Below are positions 1 through 9,081 of a DNA stretch of 64,000 nucleotides, piece by piece. Position 1 is the first letter of the stretch. Every line of letters begins with the position of its first letter. Source of the DNA: Pseudomonadota bacterium. GTDB taxonomy: Bacteria; Pseudomonadota; Gammaproteobacteria; Pseudomonadales; JAUIET01. Location of the stretch: positions 62,677 to 126,676 of the forward strand of contig JBCCIP010000010.1 of assembly GCA_039111475.1 (NCBI GenBank), written 5' to 3'. Under the pieces are notes generated by a model. That model had not been told where the DNA came from. It made no database searches and worked only from the letters and a program-made list of their open reading frames with translations. The position numbers and the translations under genes were made by a program.

Positions 1-92
1 GCGCGTCTTGGACAAAACAATAGAGCAATAATTTAAACGCTTGAATTGCTAGTTTGCCTAAACACGTTCACCGAGTAGTCGGTAAAACTCCG

Positions 93-851
93 CTAATGAA
101 TATGGTCTGTACTGCAACCATCAACCACAATATGCGCGCCATTGACCAAGCTGGCCATAGGACTTGCGATAAAGCTGACCACGCGTGCAATTTCCTCAGG
201 CGTGCCCAGACTGCCGCGCGGGTTGCGTTGTAGCACCTGCGCAAAGAGCTCGGGCTTATTGATGCGTATTCGGTCCCAGACGTTGCCCTCGGTAATGATG
301 TCACCAGGTGATACGGTATTGACCCGAACGCCCTCATTGACCAAGGTTTTTGCAAGCGTTTTCATATAGTGGTTCATTGCCGCCTTGGCTGCCCCATAGG
401 CTGGCAAGGAAGGCGTAGCAATTATGCCCGCCATCGAGCTGATATAGACAATAGCCCCGTGCGAGGATTCCTTCAGCCTGGGCAGTGCTGCATCTATGCC
501 CCCAACCGTACCTAATATGTCAGCGCTTACAGCGTTCTCCCACACGGTCTTGCCTGTAGGTGGGGCGCCGCCGGTTACATTGGCAACGAATATGTCTATG
601 CCGCCAAGTTCGGCGGCCACAGAGTCCACCCATTGTTGGAAATCTTGCTGATTGTTGACATCAACCGCTGAGCCAATTGCTTTGCCTGGAAGGCTTGAGA
701 ATTGCTCGATTGTAGCGTCCACATTGCCTTGCTGTCTTGAGCATACGGCAACTTGGGCGCCTTCTTCACACAATGTTTGTGCAATAGCTCTGCCTATTCC
801 AGCAGTACTGCCCGTGACAATGGCTCTCAAACCGTTCAATTTTAAATCCAT
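93..851 (-). CDS. Short-chain dehydrogenase/reductase (SDR) family oxidoreductase. The start was trimmed to the MDLKLNG methionine.
   Basis: N-terminal Rossmann motif TGSTAGIGRAIA and an SDR-length protein. The 5' extension of the ORF is low-complexity and unlikely to be coding. Confidence 0.8.
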   Translation of the reverse strand: MDLKLNGLRAIVTGSTAGIGRAIAQTLCEEGAQVAVCSRQQGNVDATIEQFSSLPGKAIGSAVDVNNQQDFQQWVDSVAAELGGIDIFVANVTGGAPPTGKTVWENAVSADILGTVGGIDAALPRLKESSHGAIVYISSMAGIIATPSLPAYGAAKAAMNHYMKTLAKTLVNEGVRVNTVSPGDIITEGNVWDRIRINKPELFAQVLQRNPRGSLGTPEEIARVVSFIASPMASLVNGAHIVVDGCSTDHIH

Positions 852-1101
852 GGTCAATTCCCAATAGCCGCAATAAACACGTAAGAAAAGAAATTTTATT
901 ATACTATTTCTATAGTAAAAATAGGAAGAGCGTAGCATCTGTTGACCGACAGATAATTATGCCCAGCAGAGATGGGGTTCGTATGCGTGACTCGCTTAAA
1001 TGTAAAATAAAAACAATCCAGACTGTTTTATTTAGTCGATCGCGCTATAATGACGGTGCGTGCCAATAATCATACAGTAGCGTTACAGAGGGCTTCTAGC
1101 C

Positions 1102-2565
1102 ATGCAACAACTGAGTGGCCAAGACGCAATGTTCATTCATTCTGAATTGGACGGACTGCCGCAGCATATCACCGGGGTTAACGTTTACGACCAATCCACT
1201 GTACCCAGTGGAGAAAACGTCCGCTTCAAAGACATTCTGTCGATGCTCGATAATCGGGTTCATTTATCGCCCATATTCCGGCGAAAGTTGGTCGAAGTTC
1301 CAAAGAACCTGGGACAACCTTACTGGGTTGAAGATGCGGATTTTGATATTGAGCACCACGTGCGGCACATAGCGCTGCCCAAGCCAGGTGATTGGCGCCA
1401 GTTATGTATCCTCGTATCGCGATTGCACTCGCAACCACTGCGGCGCGACAAACCCGTCTGGGAAATTTACGTGATTGAGGGGCTCAACAACGTAGCGCAC
1501 TTACCGCCAAACTGCTTCGCGGTACTGACCAAGATTCATCATGCGGCAATGGATGGCGCGACTGGGGCTCAATTCACTGGTTGCGTGCATGACCTTACAC
1601 CTGAGACCAAGGTGTTTACGCCCACTGATAAATGGCGACCGGAATCGGCGTCTGTGCCGAAGATGCTGACCAGTGCTTACCTGGATGCCTGGAAGAAACC
1701 AGGTGAGTTCTATCGTTTCGCCAGAGAAGCCGTGCCGGCATTTAGCAGGTTGCGCAAGGGTTTGAAGAATCAGGATTTTCAAACCCTGGACAGTAAGCAA
1801 AAAACGCGCTTCCAGGGTAAATTATCCAGACACCGTGTCGTAGAGTCATTGAAATTTGATTTCGAAACTGTCAGAGCCATCAAGAATACGGTGCCAGGTG
1901 CAACAATCAACGACGTGATGCTTTGCATTATCGCTGGTGGCTTGCACACGTACTTGGACAGTAAAGGGGAGACGCCGGCGAGCACTTTGGTTGCTGGATG
2001 CCCGATTGATGTACGAAGTCCAGAAGAAAAGGCGTCTGGTGGCAATATGGTCGGTATGATGAATGTTGCCTTGTGTTCGAATGTTGCTGAGCCTGTTGAC
2101 AGACTACGCGCTATTCAAAATGCGTCCACTGAAGCGAAGGCCTACGCGCAAGCGCTTGGACCAAGGATGATGTTGGACATCAGTGATCTGCTCCCAGGTG
2201 GCGTGTTGTCGGTGGCGCTGCGTGCGGCTGCGGCCACTGGATTGACGGAAGCAACAGTGGTCCAAAATACCTTTGTTACGAATGTACCCGGCCCGGCAGT
2301 GCAGTTTTACTTTTGCGGCGCGTTGCAGGTTGACTCCATGAGTTTTGGACCACTGATGCCCAATGTGGGCCTCTTCCACGTAGTGTACAGCGCAGTGCAA
2401 AACAAGACAGGCACCATTTCCATCAGTATTACTGCCTGCAGGGATATGCTACCAGACCCTGCATACTATGTTGACTGTTTGCAACAATCCTTCAAACAGT
2501 TGAACGATGCCGCGCTGAGTGTAGGCAAACGCTCTTCGACTAAGCAAACCAAAGGTGCGAAATGA
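1102..2565 (+). CDS. Wax ester synthase/acyl-CoA:diacylglycerol acyltransferase (WS/DGAT family).
   Basis: Catalytic HHxxxDG motif (KIHHAAMDGATG), a length of about 487 aa typical of WS/DGAT, and an AGAGGG Shine-Dalgarno before the ATG. Confidence 0.85.
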   Translation: MQQLSGQDAMFIHSELDGLPQHITGVNVYDQSTVPSGENVRFKDILSMLDNRVHLSPIFRRKLVEVPKNLGQPYWVEDADFDIEHHVRHIALPKPGDWRQLCILVSRLHSQPLRRDKPVWEIYVIEGLNNVAHLPPNCFAVLTKIHHAAMDGATGAQFTGCVHDLTPETKVFTPTDKWRPESASVPKMLTSAYLDAWKKPGEFYRFAREAVPAFSRLRKGLKNQDFQTLDSKQKTRFQGKLSRHRVVESLKFDFETVRAIKNTVPGATINDVMLCIIAGGLHTYLDSKGETPASTLVAGCPIDVRSPEEKASGGNMVGMMNVALCSNVAEPVDRLRAIQNASTEAKAYAQALGPRMMLDISDLLPGGVLSVALRAAAATGLTEATVVQNTFVTNVPGPAVQFYFCGALQVDSMSFGPLMPNVGLFHVVYSAVQNKTGTISISITACRDMLPDPAYYVDCLQQSFKQLNDAALSVGKRSSTKQTKGAK

Positions 2566-3829
2566 ACCGAATCAGATGCCAGACAACGTGAATAGCCGAC
2601 GCACATACATCGATGGGTATTGCCACGAAGATTTTCAAGACGTAGACAGCGAGTTTCTCCGCCAACTAAAACTGACGCCTGGCGGCGCTGCGATATGCGT
2701 TTATCACCACGGCGAGCGCGTGGTGGATTTATGGGGAGGGTACCGTGACGAATCGGGTAGTTTGTGGTTAAAAGACACCATGGCCCCCAGTTTCTCTACA
2801 ACCAAAGGTGTTTGCTCTACTTTGCTGCATATCTTTGCAGATCGTGGTCAGGTGGACTACGACGAACCAGTTGCCAGCTATTGGCCAGAGTTCGGGCAGG
2901 CCGGCAAAGAGAATATAACGGTGCGTCAGGTGATGACACACCAGTCGGGAATGTACCATATTCGACAAATGATCGATTCAGCGTCGAGAATGCTTGACTG
3001 GCAGCATATTATCCGCGCTATCGAACAAGCCTCACCGGTGCACGAGCCCGGCACGCGCGCTGGTTATCACGGCTTAACGTATGGTTTCATTATTGGAGAG
3101 ATATTACAGCGTGTGAGCGGCCAGTTATTTGCTGAGCTCGTGCAACAGGAACTTGCACAACCACTCGGTCTGGACGGCCTTTATGTCGGTGCGCCAGAAT
3201 CCGAGCTGCATCGAGCCGCCAGTCTTTTTAAGCCTCGCGGTCCTGGTAAATACGCGCGACGTTTGGCGGGGCACTACCTGGAGTTTTCCTTATTCGGAGC
3301 TAACACAATATTAAAGGTAGCCGGAATAGACTCGCAGTTAAGCAGTTTTCATGACGCGCTTGCGCCAAAGGGAATGCGTAATTTTGACTTTGGTGCGGCC
3401 GAGACGCTGCGGGTATCAATACCAGCTGGAAACGGCTTGTTCACCGCGCGCTCATTATCTGCCATGTATGCGATGTTGGCCGAAAGTGGCACACTCAATG
3501 GTGTTCGCGTGTTGTCAGATGATACCGCGCAGCAACTGTCTGTTATTCAGCCGGCTCCCGAAAAACTTGCAGTAATGCCCATTAACATGCGGTGGAGACT
3601 TGGCTATCACGGTGTTTATAGCAACCGTGGTTTCCAGGCCAGCGCGTTTGGGCACTTTGGCTGGGGTGGTTCTGGTGCCTGGGCAGACCCTACTCAGAAT
3701 TTGTCATTTGGGATGATTACCAATAGCGGCGGAGGGACACCCTTTGGCGACTCCAGGATTTCCCGCCTGAGCGAAGCGGCTCGTTCTGCCGCAAGGCTTC
3801 GCGAGCCGCCTGCAAGGTTGGCTGGCTAG
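2555..3829 (+). CDS. Serine hydrolase of the beta-lactamase/transpeptidase-like superfamily, esterase type (class C / EstB-like).
   Basis: S-x-x-K active-site motif (SFSTTKG) near the N-terminus and a family-typical length. The start is either the GTG at 2555, overlapping the upstream stop, or the ATG at 2576. Confidence 0.75.
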   Translation: MRNEPNQMPDNVNSRRTYIDGYCHEDFQDVDSEFLRQLKLTPGGAAICVYHHGERVVDLWGGYRDESGSLWLKDTMAPSFSTTKGVCSTLLHIFADRGQVDYDEPVASYWPEFGQAGKENITVRQVMTHQSGMYHIRQMIDSASRMLDWQHIIRAIEQASPVHEPGTRAGYHGLTYGFIIGEILQRVSGQLFAELVQQELAQPLGLDGLYVGAPESELHRAASLFKPRGPGKYARRLAGHYLEFSLFGANTILKVAGIDSQLSSFHDALAPKGMRNFDFGAAETLRVSIPAGNGLFTARSLSAMYAMLAESGTLNGVRVLSDDTAQQLSVIQPAPEKLAVMPINMRWRLGYHGVYSNRGFQASAFGHFGWGGSGAWADPTQNLSFGMITNSGGGTPFGDSRISRLSEAARSAARLREPPARLAG

Positions 3830-3862
3830 CTCAACCGAGAGCCCGACATTGAGGTATTAGCA

Positions 3863-4747
3863 ATGAGTGAACAGCAACAATTTAACAGCGTGTTCCGCGC
3901 TGACCTGTTTGGCGGCCAAGTCATTCTGATCACAGGTGGTGGCACTGGCATCGGCCGTTGCATAGCGCATGAATTGGCTTCATTGGGTGCTACGGCCGTT
4001 ATCAGTGGTCGTACAGAGCAGTCGCTTAAGGACGTTGTCGAAGAGATTAAGGATGCGGGCGGCAAAGCGGACTATGTCGTGTTCAATATTCGCGACCAGC
4101 CGGCGGTGGATCAGGTTGTTGCTGGGCTGGTGGAAAAGTATGGGCGGTTGGATGCGGTAGTGAACAACGCAGGCGGACAATTTCCGGTGCAGGCTGGCGA
4201 GCTGAAACCGAAAGGCTGGTTGGCGGTGATGGATACCAATTTGAACGGCACGTGGTGGGTGACGCAAGCGGCCTATCAACACGCATTCCGCGATCATGGC
4301 GGTGCTATCGTCAATATTGTTGCCGATGTATGGCTTGGCATACCCGGCATGGTGCATTCGGGCGCGGCCAGAGCAGGTGTTATGAATATGACAATGACAC
4401 TCGCCGCTGAGTGGGCGGCTGATGGAGTGCGGGTCAACTCAATCGCGGCGGGTCCTATTCTTTCCAGCGGTCTTGCCACCTATCCTGAGGCCGTGCAAAA
4501 TCAATTTCTAAACGAAGTTCAGGTAACGCCTGCGGCACGGTTAGGCACTGAGAGTGAGATTTCAGCGGCCGTCGTTTTTCTTTTGTCCCCAGCCGCATCC
4601 TTTATCAGTGGCGAGAACATGAAAGTTGACGGCGCATCTCCAATGTTCAAGAACCCTATGGTTCCTATAGGGCATCATGCTGGCACGCCGACCTGGGATG
4701 GATTTCATCTGCGCTCCAAGCTTGGTGGAAAATTTGCCGAAGAATGA
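3863..4747 (+). CDS. SDR family oxidoreductase, 2,4-dienoyl-CoA reductase-like.
   Basis: TGGGTGIGRCIA glycine-rich NAD(P)-binding motif and a SGR..YxxxK-like catalytic region. Confidence 0.8.
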   Translation: MSEQQQFNSVFRADLFGGQVILITGGGTGIGRCIAHELASLGATAVISGRTEQSLKDVVEEIKDAGGKADYVVFNIRDQPAVDQVVAGLVEKYGRLDAVVNNAGGQFPVQAGELKPKGWLAVMDTNLNGTWWVTQAAYQHAFRDHGGAIVNIVADVWLGIPGMVHSGAARAGVMNMTMTLAAEWAADGVRVNSIAAGPILSSGLATYPEAVQNQFLNEVQVTPAARLGTESEISAAVVFLLSPAASFISGENMKVDGASPMFKNPMVPIGHHAGTPTWDGFHLRSKLGGKFAEE

Positions 4748-4760
4748 GTGCCAAAAAGAA

Positions 4761-5930
4761 CTAAATCGTTGATGACTCATTAACATTGGCCGCGACGGTC
4801 ACCGAGTTCTCTTTGCGACTGAAAAGACTTTGGTCGGCAATAAAAGGCGCGATCATTAGGCCGGCCATGGTTTGGGGATAGTCGGGTGAACCACCCAGTC
4901 CAATAGCGTCAATGGGTCGCTTGCCTTTCGGCTTGTGGAATGTCCCAAATACTATGTCCCAGACGATGAACTCGCCGCCGTAATTGGAATCACCCACTTC
5001 TTTGTTGGGGTAATGATGGTAACGATGGTTATCGCCAATAGAGAATATGTACTCCCAGAAGCCCAGTTTGGCGTCTATGTTTGCGTGCTGAAAAATGCCT
5101 ATGGACAAAGCCATGAACACGGCTACCAATGCCACCTCCGCCGGTGGTTGCAGCAGTGCCAGTGGAATCGCGTACACCAGGGTTTGAATGAGGATTTCCA
5201 TTGGATGCGCACGGACACCGTTCAGCCAATACAACCTGTGAGCCGAATGGTGAACGGCGTGCCACCGCCAAAGAAACGGAATTTCATGCAGTGCGCGGTG
5301 ATACCAATAACGAAAAAAATCCTTCAGCAGAACAAACAGCAAAACCTGTATCGCAGCGGGCAGAGATACTGGCCAGATTTGATGACCATAGGGTTCAAGC
5401 CATGCGATCAGAGAGGTGATGAATAGCAGGCTTAGCAGGAATTTGGACAGAACGCCCCAAACAATGCCTGAGAAGAACATCATGATATCAACCGACAAAT
5501 CGTTCTCACCATGCAACCACTTGCGGCTGTAAGGGAATAAGCGCTCAAGCGGCGCAAAAATCAGCCCGTAGATTATCAGCACGAGCGACAGCGCTGAAAC
5601 GGATTGTAGCGACACGCCGTCTCGGGCCAGCGCCAAACCGATGACCATGGTGATTATCAGCGTAGCTGGAAACAACACTCTCGAAAAAATGTCCTTGAAC
5701 AGCGTGCCTTCAATTTTGTGAGAGAGAGCGTCCAGTGATGCGAGCAACTGTTGGGACGGTCTGGTAACGCAGTATAAACCAATGAATTCAATTGCATTGA
5801 ACGGCAGACCTATCCACTTCTCTATCCAGCGACCGAGTTCTACATGGGTTGGTAGTGATTTGTTTGCCCGTGCGAGCGGATCCGATTCCAGGTGTTTTAC
5901 TGTGTTGGTGGTGGGGTTGATAGCGGTCAT
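4761..5930 (-). CDS. Fatty acid hydroxylase / sterol desaturase superfamily integral membrane protein.
   Basis: Multiple hydrophobic segments and histidine boxes (HRALH, HAVHHSAH, HRYHHYPN) characteristic of di-iron membrane hydroxylases and desaturases. Confidence 0.75.
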   Translation of the reverse strand: MTAINPTTNTVKHLESDPLARANKSLPTHVELGRWIEKWIGLPFNAIEFIGLYCVTRPSQQLLASLDALSHKIEGTLFKDIFSRVLFPATLIITMVIGLALARDGVSLQSVSALSLVLIIYGLIFAPLERLFPYSRKWLHGENDLSVDIMMFFSGIVWGVLSKFLLSLLFITSLIAWLEPYGHQIWPVSLPAAIQVLLFVLLKDFFRYWYHRALHEIPFLWRWHAVHHSAHRLYWLNGVRAHPMEILIQTLVYAIPLALLQPPAEVALVAVFMALSIGIFQHANIDAKLGFWEYIFSIGDNHRYHHYPNKEVGDSNYGGEFIVWDIVFGTFHKPKGKRPIDAIGLGGSPDYPQTMAGLMIAPFIADQSLFSRKENSVTVAANVNESSTI

Positions 5931-6108
5931 TGTTTTTGCTCAGTGGCGCGCTGTTCGACTTGGGCGCTGAAACATGTATAGTGAACATGTTCATTATATT
6001 ATTTTACGACGGACTGTCAAGCCGGCTATCTGTCATAATTCGGTTCGCTCGTGGCGGGGCATTGTCGTTCGTACTTGCTCAGTACACGCCAGACGGGAAG
6101 GGGGTTTC

Positions 6109-7185
6109 TTGAAGAAAGTACAGCTTGGTATCTGCTTGTTAGCGTCGTTGCTGTTGATGCAGGCCTACCGCATATCGCAAGACGCCGGCATATTTGTCGA
6201 GATCAGGCCGCTAGCTTACGGTCATTGTGAGAAACTGTCGGGGCCGCCTGGATCTGAAGATATTACGATCGATCGGCGGCAGAAGGTGGCCTTCATCTCA
6301 GCTGCCAATGGCCGAGCGGCGTTGCAACACTATCAAGATGGCACTGCATCGGCGCTAGAGAATGGTGACATCTGGTTGCTGGACTTGTCTGAAAAAGATG
6401 GCCAGCCCTATCCCTTAAATGTGGATATCGATGGCCGCTTTCATCCTCACGGCATTGACTTGCTGACGTTGGATAACGGCCAAAGAGAGCTGTACGTCGT
6501 GAACCATCCCTTCCGCGAACAGCATGAAATACTCATTTTTGACGTTGGTGATAACCATCGCCTGAGTTTCAGACAGCGAGTTAAGTACCCTGAGCTTATC
6601 TCGCCGAATGACATAACCACTCTGCAGCAAGGGCAATTCTTGGTAACCAACGATCATGGCAGCCCACAAACATCATTCATGGCGAGGGTTGAGGAGTACT
6701 TGGGTCTGTCCAGATCCTCGGTCACGTATTACGATGGGTCACAGGGCTCGTTTGTCATTAAAGGCTTAAAGAGTGCCAATGGAATAACGCTGTCTGCTGA
6801 TCAGAAGATGTTGTACGTGGCTGAGGCGATAGGCCGAAAGATCAAGCGATTTGAACGCGGCCAGTCTGTTCGTGAGTGGTTATTGGTAGAGGAGTTGTCA
6901 GTTGGTACGGCTGTCGACAATCTGGAATGGCGTGCCGAAGGATCACTACTCGCAGGAACGCACCCCAAGCTGTTTGATTTTCTCGGGCACGCCGCCAACG
7001 TCGAGCACTTGTCCCCTTCCCAAGTTATCGAAATAGACGTAAGAAATTCACCCATGACGTTTCAAAACGTGTATATGAATGACGGTGAGGAGTTGTCAGG
7101 ATCCAGTGTGGCAACAAGCTATGAGGGTCAGCTGCTGATAGGTGCGGTATTCGAATCACATTTTTTGAGATGCCATGAGGATTAG
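6109..7185 (+). CDS. Secreted paraoxonase/arylesterase-like (SMP-30 / strictosidine synthase-like beta-propeller) hydrolase.
   Basis: Likely TTG start giving the signal peptide KKVQLGICLLASLLLMQA. PON-like motifs are present (HPHGIDLL, LYVVNH). The longer ORF from 5974 is probably non-coding at its 5' end. Confidence 0.55.
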   Translation: MKKVQLGICLLASLLLMQAYRISQDAGIFVEIRPLAYGHCEKLSGPPGSEDITIDRRQKVAFISAANGRAALQHYQDGTASALENGDIWLLDLSEKDGQPYPLNVDIDGRFHPHGIDLLTLDNGQRELYVVNHPFREQHEILIFDVGDNHRLSFRQRVKYPELISPNDITTLQQGQFLVTNDHGSPQTSFMARVEEYLGLSRSSVTYYDGSQGSFVIKGLKSANGITLSADQKMLYVAEAIGRKIKRFERGQSVREWLLVEELSVGTAVDNLEWRAEGSLLAGTHPKLFDFLGHAANVEHLSPSQVIEIDVRNSPMTFQNVYMNDGEELSGSSVATSYEGQLLIGAVFESHFLRCHED

Positions 7186-7251
7186 CAATGTTCGGATTTT
7201 CCACCTTTTGGTTTCTGGCAAGCCATATGGTGCCTCCAGATTGAGAAAACT

Positions 7252-7881
7252 ATGCCCAGACCTCCGGTAACACCGCAACAAAGAACTGAGATGCGACAAC
7301 ACATCCAGGCCTCTGTTGCGCGAATAATTAAACAGCGACAGATAGCGCCAGGAGATGTTCGTGGTTGGGATGACATCACGATTCGTGATGTCATCTCGGA
7401 CGCCGATATCTCAATTGGCACTTTCTACAAGTATTTTGACAGCCGGAGAGAATTGGCGCAGTCAATGTGGTTGGAACCCGTTGCAGAACTCAGGGAGGTC
7501 ATGCAAGTCGACTTTAATCACGCTAAGGGCGCCTCCAGCCGAATTCAAACATTGCTAGAGAATTATGTTCGATTCGCTATTGAGAACCAACGTGTATTTA
7601 GAGGAGCTTTACTGTTCGTCAGGCCGGATAGTGACCCAAAGCCTGAACTAGTCGATCTAGATGAAGAGGCATTCTACGAGAATCTTCGATCTGCCTTCCG
7701 TGAAGGCCAGGAACAAGGTGATTTTAGATCATTTGACGCGCACGAGATGGCGCAGCTTTTCTGGGCCGCCATTCACGGCGCATTGGCGTTGCCCATTCAC
7801 GTGGACCGCTATAAATTTGATCCGCCGCCGGTGCTTAGCGCCAATATGATCAACGCGCTACTCAGTATGATTCGCGCTTGA
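7252..7881 (+). CDS. TetR/AcrR family transcriptional regulator.
   Basis: N-terminal HTH region (ITIRDVISDADISIGTFYKYF) and a size of about 209 aa. Confidence 0.85.
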   Translation: MPRPPVTPQQRTEMRQHIQASVARIIKQRQIAPGDVRGWDDITIRDVISDADISIGTFYKYFDSRRELAQSMWLEPVAELREVMQVDFNHAKGASSRIQTLLENYVRFAIENQRVFRGALLFVRPDSDPKPELVDLDEEAFYENLRSAFREGQEQGDFRSFDAHEMAQLFWAAIHGALALPIHVDRYKFDPPPVLSANMINALLSMIRA

Positions 7882-7927
7882 CTGTGCATTCCGTGATTCG
7901 ATTGAAAGGCAACATCGTCTGGCATCG

Positions 7928-8983
7928 TCACGTAGAACCGTCACTGTCAAAGTTCTGCGATGAAAATATCGATTCATCGCTTATTTTTTGAAAGCCTAGT
8001 AAATTACCGTCTAAGTCTCTGCCAAGTAGTACTAGACCACCGTCCATCTGGCTGGATTCGCTAACAATGGTGCCGCCAGCGGCAAGGAGTTGTTTGCGCG
8101 CCAAGGAAAGATCCTCCACATCGAAGACAATCATCGAAAATCCCGGCGCATCAAACGGCCTGGGTTGGTCTGGCAGGCTGGTTGGGTGGCTAATGTACTG
8201 GGCTATTTCGAGTTCCATATTCCTGACCTGAAAAAAGGCCATTTTTAACTTAGCTCCGCTAAACCCCGATACACTGTCGAAACCCTCACCTTGTAAATTG
8301 ATAAAACGCCCGAGACGACGCGGTTTTTCCTGTTGGAGTAGTATCGAATAAAAATTTACCGCTCGATTGAAATCGGGCGTGGCAAGTGCAACATGTCGAA
8401 TCCTATAGTTGTATTTGGGAGGGGCAACTCGATCGAGTTGGGTAATGTCAACGTGTTCAAACTCATACATAGTGTCGTTAGCATCACGGGCATAGGCATA
8501 AGTGACTGGATTAGCAGCGTTTAGCTGGGTCATTTCTGAAGTACCATTAACGGGTGTGCCGCCGGCCTTCAAGAATCTATCGTAGGCCTTAGTTTCTTTG
8601 TTCACCTGAAAGGCCACATGTGCGATGCCGGGCCCGTTTACTTCAACGCGGGGATAATCTGATCTTTTTGCTGGCAGGTTCTTGAACTGAATAAATCGTA
8701 ACTGCGCATTGCTACTTTTTATCAATCGCGTTTTAGTACTAAATTCATCGCGGCCCAGCAACGCCATGGGCGCCGGCACCTCGTCTATATCGCCTTCGTT
8801 CACTGTCTCAAGATTAACAGCGCCAGCAAGCAGTCTTGTCGACTGATCCAGATCATTCACCGTCACCGCAACATAGTTTATGCCACGAACAATCGCATCG
8901 TTGGCTCGCCTCGATGCGTCGCCAACAATCAGGAAATCGCACGCACTCAAAAGTGGTAACAATACAACGAGCAGCTTACGCAT
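7928..8983 (-). CDS. Lipoprotein with tandem VOC (glyoxalase/bleomycin-resistance/extradiol dioxygenase-like) domains.
   Basis: Lipoprotein signal MRKLLVVLLPLLSAC. Two repeated beta-alpha-beta-beta-beta-like halves, each with an IRHVALA / IAHVAFQ type motif. Confidence 0.6.
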   Translation of the reverse strand: MRKLLVVLLPLLSACDFLIVGDASRRANDAIVRGINYVAVTVNDLDQSTRLLAGAVNLETVNEGDIDEVPAPMALLGRDEFSTKTRLIKSSNAQLRFIQFKNLPAKRSDYPRVEVNGPGIAHVAFQVNKETKAYDRFLKAGGTPVNGTSEMTQLNAANPVTYAYARDANDTMYEFEHVDITQLDRVAPPKYNYRIRHVALATPDFNRAVNFYSILLQQEKPRRLGRFINLQGEGFDSVSGFSGAKLKMAFFQVRNMELEIAQYISHPTSLPDQPRPFDAPGFSMIVFDVEDLSLARKQLLAAGGTIVSESSQMDGGLVLLGRDLDGNLLGFQKISDESIFSSQNFDSDGST

Positions 8984-9081
8984 GTTTTATCCCCTCCTAA
9001 AAAGAATGTCCTAACTGCGCGCAGAGACATCGATACTTCCTGCATTGATTACTCACGTCGCTACTCCACCAGGATGCTCTT

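Noticed and set aside
5974-6108. Long N-terminal extension of the PON-like ORF (ATG at 5974).
   Set aside because: The extension is non-hydrophobic and basic and does not look like protein. An in-frame TTG at 6109 yields a proper signal peptide, so the shorter model was preferred.
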